Under the pieces are notes generated by a model, which worked only from the letters and a program-made list of their open reading frames with translations, had not been told where the DNA came from and searched no databases. Made by a program: the position numbers and the translations under genes. This document shows positions 1-6,273 of a stretch of DNA of 10,112 nt, piece by piece. The stretch's first letter is position 1. Each line of letters starts with the position of its first letter. The stretch comes from Promethearchaeia archaeon (GTDB lineage Archaea; Asgardarchaeota; Lokiarchaeia; Sigyniarchaeales; SOKP01). The stretch spans positions 1 to 10,112 of the forward strand of contig JAHQWH010000018.1 of NCBI GenBank assembly GCA_029856105.1, written 5' to 3'.

Positions 1-503
1 CCATTATATCTTTCTCTTGTAATTGGTTCTAAAATAGGGATGAATTTTCCGTTGTTTAATAGTTCAAATATTAATTTTGTTAAAAACGCCCACGTCTTAA
101 TAGAATTACTAAAACGCTTCACACCTCGATCTTGACTGCCAATTATTTCCAATTGAAATAATAATTTTACAGTAGGAGCAATAGGCATGATTTTTCCAAT
201 GAATGACGATACTTCAAAAAATTGTGTGGAAGATTTTTTATCATTATTAGCTTTTAATGAATGTACCGGAACCGCAAAGTTGATCTTACAAGTTAATAGC
301 TTATTTGCAGGAATGGTTGGAAAACTGAGCTTAATAAGCTCAGTGAGTTCCTTTTCTGATGGTTTTGCTGGATTCCACAATAGAAAAAAACTAGAATTTC
401 TAGGAAGTTGTTTTCCTTTAGAAATTAATTCAAACCCACTTAATGGCTCATTCCAATAAGATGCTGGAATATAAATTAATTCGAGTTTATTAACAAGTTT
501 CAT
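1..503 (-). CDS. 5' part of a large gene running off the left edge; probable SNF2/SWI2-family helicase (N-terminal DUF3670-associated type region)
   Basis: Not in the ORF track. ATG at 503-501 with an in-frame TGA two codons upstream and a GGAG about 12 nt upstream. Open for 167 codons to the edge: MKLVNKLELIYIPASYWNEPLSGFEL...SNSIKTWAFLTKLIFELLNNGKFIPILEPITRERYNG. The segment SIKTWAFLTKLIFELLNNGKFIP resembles the 'SLxxW...ALxLxxRGxFLP' helix in N-termini of prokaryotic SNF2 helicases. No helicase motifs lie in the window. The CDS is secure; the product call is moderate. Confidence 0.65.
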   Translation of the reverse strand, partial: MKLVNKLELIYIPASYWNEPLSGFELISKGKQLPRNSSFFLLWNPAKPSEKELTELIKLSFPTIPANKLLTCKINFAVPVHSLKANNDKKSSTQFFEVSSFIGKIMPIAPTVKLLFQLEIIGSQDRGVKRFSNSIKTWAFLTKLIFELLNNGKFIPILEPITRERYN

Positions 504-676
504 GAATCAATAGGGCTCCAAATCAAAGAATAATTAAAGATTTTTGTATATAGATTTTCTAATATTTAATGCTTGTATATTTTAAACCTCGATGTATTTA
601 ATGTAAAATTAGATTAAAATTTATATTATTTTCGTCAAAAATGCCCAAAACTTGTACTAGTAATCGAAATAAATTT

Positions 677-1822
677 TTAAAAATTCAAAGGTTCTGATTT
701 AGTGATAATTTCTACCTTGCCATTCCGAATTAAGACATCATTTTCAAGTCTTTGACCTCCTAACCCCTGTTTGTAAGCTCCTGGTTCTACAGTAAAAACC
801 ATCCCATCTTGAATTGTTTCTTCTTTCCAATGTTTTTTCGAATACTCATCCGTAGGTTTTCGACTTATTGATGGTGAATCGTGTACAGTTAACCCTAAAC
901 CATGACCTAAAGAATAAGGCATACTATATCCACCTTTTTTAAGTATTTGTTCTGCCGTATCATGAATTTTCCATAAAGGTACATCTATATCAATCATTTC
1001 AATTGCTGCTTCATAAGATTTGACTGTTAATTCACGCATTTTAATCTGTTCGTCTGACAATTTGCCGAAACTAATCGGTACAGTAATATCCGAATTGTAT
1101 CCCTGAAATTTAGCTCCAAAATCAATTAGAGCTAACCCTGGTAGACCAAATTTCTGATCACTAGCAAAAGGATATTGGTGAATTTCATGAGCGCGTGATG
1201 AATTTGCAACAAGAGGTTCAAAAGCAACGTCATCACCAGCATAATCTGCTATTCTTTTTCTTACTGTAAACGATAAATCTTTCTCTGTACCATCAGGAGA
1301 ATTTATACAGAAATCTTGGATATCACTAATAATTTTTGTTCCAATTTCCGCTGCTTTTAATAATTTCTTAATCTCAAGTTCAGTTTTAGTTGCCCTCAAT
1401 TTTTGGAAAAATTGCTCAATTTGGATGGGTTCTTCAAAATACGCTACTCCGGGAATTAATGCTTTCATTTTTATAATAAAGCCATAAGTAGTCGTTGAAT
1501 GGACTCCAACCGCAATAGATGCCTTTTTCCAGCGATTCTCAAATAAATCTTTCATTGCTAAAAATATATTGAAGCTAAAATTAGCTGGATTTATAATTTC
1601 ATCAACCTCAGAATGTTTTTCTGCTAAAGGTACATCCCAAGGTATTAAGATCGATTCTCCACTTGAATTTATTAACATCGTTGCGTCGGTAGGATGACCA
1701 GAAAGATATTGCAAGTTAACATTCCGACTGTTTTCGTAATCAGTTATCATTAGAACATCGATTTTCTTTTCTTCTAAAAATTTTAAAATAGATTCGAATT
1801 TTTCTTCTGTAATAGGTTTCAT
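677..1822 (-). CDS. Xaa-Pro aminopeptidase/dipeptidase (peptidase M24B, creatinase-like N-domain plus pita-bread domain)
   Basis: N-domain motif NLQYLSG. Linker LRATKTELEI (LRxxKxxxEI). All five metal ligands are present: LIDFGA (D), YNSDIT (D), LGHGLGL (H), TVEPG (E), RLENDV (E). Preceded by an AGGTGA RBS. Confidence 0.93.
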   Translation of the reverse strand: MKPITEEKFESILKFLEEKKIDVLMITDYENSRNVNLQYLSGHPTDATMLINSSGESILIPWDVPLAEKHSEVDEIINPANFSFNIFLAMKDLFENRWKKASIAVGVHSTTTYGFIIKMKALIPGVAYFEEPIQIEQFFQKLRATKTELEIKKLLKAAEIGTKIISDIQDFCINSPDGTEKDLSFTVRKRIADYAGDDVAFEPLVANSSRAHEIHQYPFASDQKFGLPGLALIDFGAKFQGYNSDITVPISFGKLSDEQIKMRELTVKSYEAAIEMIDIDVPLWKIHDTAEQILKKGGYSMPYSLGHGLGLTVHDSPSISRKPTDEYSKKHWKEETIQDGMVFTVEPGAYKQGLGGQRLENDVLIRNGKVEIITKSEPLNF

Positions 1823-1826
1823 TAGC

Positions 1827-1832
1827 TCACCT
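1827..1832 (-). promoter_or_regulatory. Shine-Dalgarno (AGGTGA) for the M24 peptidase
   Basis: + strand tcacct reads AGGTGA on the minus strand, 4 nt before the ATG at 1822. Matches the archaeal GGAGGTGA consensus. Confidence 0.7.
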
Positions 1833-1860
1833 TGTTTTACTTTGATTATTAATCTAACCT

Positions 1861-1868
1861 AAAAAAAA
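1861..1868 (-). terminator. Candidate archaeal oligo-T terminator (T8) directly after the enolase-superfamily gene
   Basis: A8 on + (T8 on -) immediately follows the TAA stop at 1869. Could be chance in AT-rich DNA. Confidence 0.4.
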
Positions 1869-2954
1869 TTATATTTTTAGAACATTTTCCTCAAACATCT
1901 TTTGATTGATTTCAACACCCAAGCCAGGTTTATCTAACGCTTTAACTTTTCCTTTTTCGCACTTTATTGGTTCTTCAAGTATTTGATACTCGTCTGGAAT
2001 AAATGGAAATTCGCACCAATCGCAACGCGAAGCCATAATAAAATGAAGATTAGCAGCCAGTATATGGCCGAAGCCGAATATATGGGGTATACAGCGCACT
2101 CCTTTTACTTCTGCCATCGCGTCAATCTTTTTCAGTTGTAAATAACCACCACTACGAGTAACGTCGGGTTGCACTATATCGTAGCTTCCCTTTGATAGAA
2201 TATCTTCAAACCTAAAAGTACCCATATCGTTTTCTCCTCCTGCTATTTCCACGGGAGATTTATTGCGTAAAATAGCGAGACCGTTCAAATTATCGGAAGG
2301 TAAAGGTTCCTCTAACCAAGCCACATTGTATTTATCGCAAATATGCGCGACTTTTAACGCATCTCTAACCGTTGTATATCCCGAGTTCACATCCACCATA
2401 ATATCTATATCAGGAAAAGCGTCCCTAACTTCCTTTATGATAGCTTCATCGCTTTTTAAACTCTTTCCAATTCGCAACTTTACAGCCTTGAAGCCGTTTA
2501 AATCAATAGCGGATTGAACAGCTCCAACAGCAGCTTTGGGTTTGTAAGCCCGCGGCATAGACGCATACGCTCTTACTTCTCTTTTCATCCCTCCCAACAA
2601 TCTATATATTGGTTGCTTCGTTGCTTTTCCAATAATGTCCCATAACGCTACTTGGATCGCGCTAGTTGCTTGAGGTATGCCAAACATTATTCGATTGCTC
2701 GAATGATATATTGTATTGTAAATTTCCTCAGTCATAAACGGATCTTTTTTTATTAACAATCGCTTAAGTGCCTCATCGATAAATTGTTTATGAGCTATAT
2801 TGCTTAAATTCCAGTGAGATAAGGCCCAACCGTCTATATCTTCGTCTGTTTTAACGTTAATATATAATCCGGTGGCTTTTATTGCGGGCATTGAACCAAT
2901 TTTTAATTTAAAATCTAATTGTAAAACATGTGTTTTAACATCTGTAATTTGCAT
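1869..2954 (-). CDS. Enolase-superfamily enzyme, mandelate racemase subgroup (probable acid-sugar/hydroxy-acid dehydratase or isomerase)
   Basis: ALWDIIGK...PIYRLLGG capping-domain motif. Mg ligands D188 (MVDVN), E215 (WLEEP), E241 (GGEN). His-Asp dyad D264 (QPD)/H291 (IPH). E315. K159-x-R161 at strand 2. GTGAG RBS at 2964-2960. Confidence 0.92.
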   Translation of the reverse strand: MQITDVKTHVLQLDFKLKIGSMPAIKATGLYINVKTDEDIDGWALSHWNLSNIAHKQFIDEALKRLLIKKDPFMTEEIYNTIYHSSNRIMFGIPQATSAIQVALWDIIGKATKQPIYRLLGGMKREVRAYASMPRAYKPKAAVGAVQSAIDLNGFKAVKLRIGKSLKSDEAIIKEVRDAFPDIDIMVDVNSGYTTVRDALKVAHICDKYNVAWLEEPLPSDNLNGLAILRNKSPVEIAGGENDMGTFRFEDILSKGSYDIVQPDVTRSGGYLQLKKIDAMAEVKGVRCIPHIFGFGHILAANLHFIMASRCDWCEFPFIPDEYQILEEPIKCEKGKVKALDKPGLGVEINQKMFEENVLKI

Positions 2955-3082
2955 AAGAACTCACATCAAAAATGTTATTATAAATATTATTATAAATAAT
3001 ATATATATTTTAATTAAACTTTTAGACAAAGTATTATTTAATTCTATTGTATTACAAATTAATTGCTTAAACGGGTTCACTC
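2955..3082. promoter_or_regulatory. Divergent promoter region between the enolase gene and the uDENN-like gene
   Basis: 128-bp extremely AT-rich gap between head-to-head genes, with several TATA-like words (TTATAAATA twice, ATATATAT). Confidence 0.7.
2975..2998. repeat. Perfect 12-bp tandem duplication TTATTATAAATA x2
   Basis: 2975-2986 and 2987-2998 are identical. Confidence 0.85.
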
Positions 3083-4123
3083 GTGGCTGAATTATTTGGA
3101 TCGTCGTCATCAGAAAAAAATCCTTTCGAGGAATTAACCGTAGTCTATGTCCTATATTTTGACGAAGCTCGTGGTCATATGCCCATATTAATCTACCCGG
3201 ATGACCGATATAAAGACGACAAGACATTTATGCGCCCGATTAAGTATCACCCTATTTGGTTTTTAAGTTTAAACGAATCTGACGCTTTAGATCATATAGA
3301 CTTGGAATTTAAAAACTATACTTTTTTTGGAAAAAAATTTATTGCTCATTCTCAAAGAGAAAAAAGGAGAGCTGGCCTCACAGGAGAAACTCCTGAGAAT
3401 ATCGTGATTATAGTATCGTTACCAAACAAGATCGAACTTTTTGGAGATGATCTCATTAGACATTTAACTCAAGATATAAAAGAAAACTTTGAAAACAAAA
3501 TCTTTGAAATTATTGAATCTGAGATATTGAAAGATGATGTAATTAAAACTCCTAAAACTAAGAAGATTATTGAAGTGGGTGATAAAATTAAGAATCAATT
3601 AAGAGAATTGATTGATAACACGACGGATAACTTTTTTTCTACTGTAATTAAACAAGCTGACGCTAGTTCAATAAGAATGCAAAAAGCGATTGCTTACTTG
3701 GCGTTTAAAGGGATAGATATATCGAATATACATAGCGAAGATTACAAAGGTTCTTTCTCGAGTATTCAATTATTTGACCCTAACAAAAAAGGAGAATTAA
3801 ATTTTATTGACAAGAATCCCTTTATATTACATAAAATTAATATCGTGGAAGATAGCCAAGAATTAGAGATATTAGTCCAAAATAATTCTCTTAATGAAAT
3901 GAAAGGGTTAATTGTAAAAATTACTCATCTGAAAGAATATTTCGAAAAAGAAATTATGATTGAATTGATTGATTCTTGGTACGCTGAAGAGGAATTAGTA
4001 TTTATTTCGCCCATTATTCCCCACATTGACGAATACATCTTCTTTATTATAGATGAAGTAAGTAATGATAAGTTATTATCAAAAAGAATCGATCTAAATC
4101 TTATAAAAAAACAAAATAATTAA
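3083..4123 (+). CDS. Hypothetical protein: putative uDENN/longin-like N-terminal domain, helical linker, C-terminal Ig-like beta-sandwich
   Basis: 346-aa ORF with a GTG start. VVYVLYFDEARGHMPILIYP fits the hhhhFDxxxGxxhxhxYP first hairpin of uDENN/longin domains. FFGKKF...KRRAG...ENIVIIVSLP fits the later hairpin. The C-terminal ~95 aa show seven alternating-hydrophobic strands. No signal peptide or TM helix. The CDS is secure; the domain calls are inferred. Confidence 0.65.
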   Translation: MAELFGSSSSEKNPFEELTVVYVLYFDEARGHMPILIYPDDRYKDDKTFMRPIKYHPIWFLSLNESDALDHIDLEFKNYTFFGKKFIAHSQREKRRAGLTGETPENIVIIVSLPNKIELFGDDLIRHLTQDIKENFENKIFEIIESEILKDDVIKTPKTKKIIEVGDKIKNQLRELIDNTTDNFFSTVIKQADASSIRMQKAIAYLAFKGIDISNIHSEDYKGSFSSIQLFDPNKKGELNFIDKNPFILHKINIVEDSQELEILVQNNSLNEMKGLIVKITHLKEYFEKEIMIELIDSWYAEEELVFISPIIPHIDEYIFFIIDEVSNDKLLSKRIDLNLIKKQNN

Positions 4124-4141
4124 TAAAATGGTGTTAAAAAT

Positions 4142-4621
4142 ATGGCTGACGAATTAATTGATAAAGAAGAAATAATAATCAGAAATTATCGAACATCTGA
4201 TTATAAAGCAACTTTAGAAATTTTAAGAGAGCTCCAAGACCAATTTAACATTGGATTAGACGAAGCAAAATGGAGAGAAACTTCTGGATTAAGACAATTT
4301 AAACCCAATTTGAAACGTATAACCTTGATTGCTGAATTAAAATCTACTGGACAAGTTGTTTCAATGGGAATGTTAGAAGCAGTAAAAAACAACCTAGGAC
4401 AGTACCTTGGCTATCTTAATTCGTGGGCTACCAAGAAAGAATTTATCGGAAGAGGAGTAGGTAAAATCTTAGCGGATAAAGCTATACAAATCTTAAAATC
4501 TTGGGGTTGTGAAGCCGTGAGAATTAATATGGCATATAAAGGCGTAAAAAGATTAATAGACATCTTTGGAAAAGTAGGTTTCGAGCCTATAATTGTCGTC
4601 CTTGAGAAAAAATTTGAGTAA
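4142..4621 (+). CDS. GNAT-family N-acetyltransferase
   Basis: IIIRNYRTSDY start, acetyl-CoA-binding motif A (KEFIGRGVGKIL), LKSWGCEAVRI and the C-terminal KVGF. GGTG RBS at 4130-4133. 18 bp after the previous stop. Confidence 0.9.
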   Translation: MADELIDKEEIIIRNYRTSDYKATLEILRELQDQFNIGLDEAKWRETSGLRQFKPNLKRITLIAELKSTGQVVSMGMLEAVKNNLGQYLGYLNSWATKKEFIGRGVGKILADKAIQILKSWGCEAVRINMAYKGVKRLIDIFGKVGFEPIIVVLEKKFE

Positions 4622-4808
4622 TACTTAGATTTTCTTTATTAGTGGTTCAAACCAAATAACCAAATATTATCATTTTTCTCTCCTAAATAAGCGACCTTTT
4701 TAAATTTAATACTTGTGTTATTTTAAAAAACAAAATATATTTATTCTAAAAAATTGAAAATCACATAACTAATTAATTTAAATCTAAATTATAAAAACAA
4801 AAATATTA

Positions 4809-4813
4809 GAGGT
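4809..4813 (+). promoter_or_regulatory. Shine-Dalgarno (GAGGT) for the HMGS-like/DUF35 gene
   Basis: GAGGT 11 nt before the ATG at 4825. Confidence 0.55.
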
Positions 4814-4824
4814 AAAAATTTAAT

Positions 4825-6261
4825 ATGCCAATTGGTATTAAAAGTTATGGCGCGTATTTACCGCGCTGGTTGCTTCCTCGCGATCTTATTGCTAAAGCAT
4901 GGGATTTTCCTTCTATTCCCGGCTCAAAAGCAGTTGCTAGTGCGGACGAAGATAGTATTACCATGTCGGTTGAAGCAGGGTTAGATTGCTTAGCAGGTAT
5001 CGACCTAAATAGCGTTGATGGACTTTTTTTCGCGTCAACTACTCAAGTCTATACGGAAAAAGATTCAGCTTCTTTAATTGCTACGGTATTGGATTTAAGG
5101 GAAGGTATAATAACAGCAGATTTTACGGATTCATTAAAGTCTGGAACTACTGCCCTAGCTAGAGCTATTGATACAATCAAAGCGAATGATGATATAAAAA
5201 GCATTCTTGTTGTCGCTGCTGATACTCGAGAGCCTGAACCTTCCACCATGTGGGAATACGGTTATGCTGATGGCGCAGCGGCTTTATTAGTAGCAGAAGG
5301 GGACGATTTGCCGCTTGTTATTGACGATTATTATTCGATTTCGGCAAATGTAACAGGACCTTGGAAGCGAACACACGAAGATAAATTTATAAGAACTTTC
5401 GAAGTCAAAATGGACGCTCAATTCTACGTAAAAAGTATTACGAAAGTAATGTCTGAAATTATGAAAAGGAACAATCTAAAACCAGAAGAAGTCGATGTTG
5501 CCGCTTATTATTACAACAACCCTAGAGTTCACGGGAGAATTTCAAAAATGATGAAGTTTCCACAAGGAGCTGCTCAAAACGGTCTATTTTTCCAGTTAGG
5601 CGATTTTGGAACCCCGATGGCATTCATGTTGCTAATGGCTGCTTTAAAACGACCTAAGGAAGATGGAAAAGTAATTTTGGCGGGATATGGAGATGGGGCA
5701 GATGCTATTTTAATGCACATCAAAGACAGAAAAGCCGTAAGAGAACTTTCAAAGAAGCACTTGGGCGTAGCAGGACATCAAAAATCGATGATATCTTTGA
5801 AGAATTACAACGTATTTATTGAAAATAAAGAATTACTTGAAAAAGACCGTTACGTCCGAAAAAGCTCTGCTGTAACCATGTGGCGAGATTCACCCGCTAT
5901 TTATAAATGGTATGGTCTCAAATGTACTAGCTGTGGAACCGTTCAATATCCTACAACAGCGCGTTCATGCGCTACATGTAGAGCAGACGACCAACTTGAA
6001 CTAATTAAACTTGCGCACAAAGGAACCATTTTTACGTATACTTTAGATCATCTAGTTGGAGGGGCTTACTTAGCTACACCCGTCCCTCGATGTGTAGTTG
6101 ATTTAGAGGGTGGAGGACGCGTGTTATTAAACATGACGGAAATCCAAAAACCCGAAGAAAACGTAAAAATTGGTATGGAAGTTGAACTTACTTTTAGAAA
6201 AGAACACGAAGGAGCAGATTTCCATAACTATTATTGGAAATGTCGGCCCTTAAGACATTAG
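4825..6261 (+). CDS. Fusion of an HMG-CoA-synthase-like (thiolase-fold, apparently inactive) domain and a DUF35 Zn-ribbon/OB-fold domain; thiolase partner subunit
   Basis: Archaeal HMGS-type motifs GIKSYGAYLPR, DEDSITMSVEA, ADGAAALL and GYGDGADA. C-terminal CTSC-x11-CATC zinc ribbon (from C367), then the OB-fold GTIFTYT...VVDLEGGGR...VKIGMEVELTFRK...YYWK. Catalytic Glu/Cys/His positions appear replaced. Confidence 0.9.
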   Translation: MPIGIKSYGAYLPRWLLPRDLIAKAWDFPSIPGSKAVASADEDSITMSVEAGLDCLAGIDLNSVDGLFFASTTQVYTEKDSASLIATVLDLREGIITADFTDSLKSGTTALARAIDTIKANDDIKSILVVAADTREPEPSTMWEYGYADGAAALLVAEGDDLPLVIDDYYSISANVTGPWKRTHEDKFIRTFEVKMDAQFYVKSITKVMSEIMKRNNLKPEEVDVAAYYYNNPRVHGRISKMMKFPQGAAQNGLFFQLGDFGTPMAFMLLMAALKRPKEDGKVILAGYGDGADAILMHIKDRKAVRELSKKHLGVAGHQKSMISLKNYNVFIENKELLEKDRYVRKSSAVTMWRDSPAIYKWYGLKCTSCGTVQYPTTARSCATCRADDQLELIKLAHKGTIFTYTLDHLVGGAYLATPVPRCVVDLEGGGRVLLNMTEIQKPEENVKIGMEVELTFRKEHEGADFHNYYWKCRPLRH

Positions 6262-6267
6262 AGGTGA
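6261..6267 (+). promoter_or_regulatory. Shine-Dalgarno (GAGGTGA) for the thiolase, overlapping the upstream stop codon
   Basis: TAGAGGTGAAAAAAAATG: near-perfect archaeal SD sharing the G of the TAG stop, consistent with translational coupling. Confidence 0.85.
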
Positions 6268-6273
6268 AAAAAA

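Noticed and set aside
187-459. 90-aa + strand ORF
   Set aside because: Antisense shadow of the longer minus-strand frame 503..1, which has a clean start and a recognisable motif.
2263-2517. 84-aa + strand ORF
   Set aside because: Wholly antisense to the enolase-superfamily gene; no motif.
2872-3227. ORFs 2872..3090 (+) and 2961..3227 (-), the latter with a TM-like tail
   Set aside because: They span the AT-rich divergent promoter and overlap real genes. The Ile/Asn/Phe-rich stretches simply translate the TTATTATAAATA repeat.
4201-4392. 63-aa minus ORF as a possible antitoxin of the GNAT
   Set aside because: Fully antisense inside the GNAT. There is no RHH-type antitoxin upstream, so a GNAT toxin-antitoxin reading is unsupported.
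4643-4666. TGGTT-CA-AACCA mini-hairpin and AACCAAAT tandem repeat after the GNAT
   Set aside because: A 5-bp stem with a 2-nt loop and a short repeat are too weak to distinguish from chance.
4825-6261. Calling this gene a functional HMG-CoA synthase of the mevalonate pathway
   Set aside because: The catalytic Glu, Cys and His positions are all substituted.
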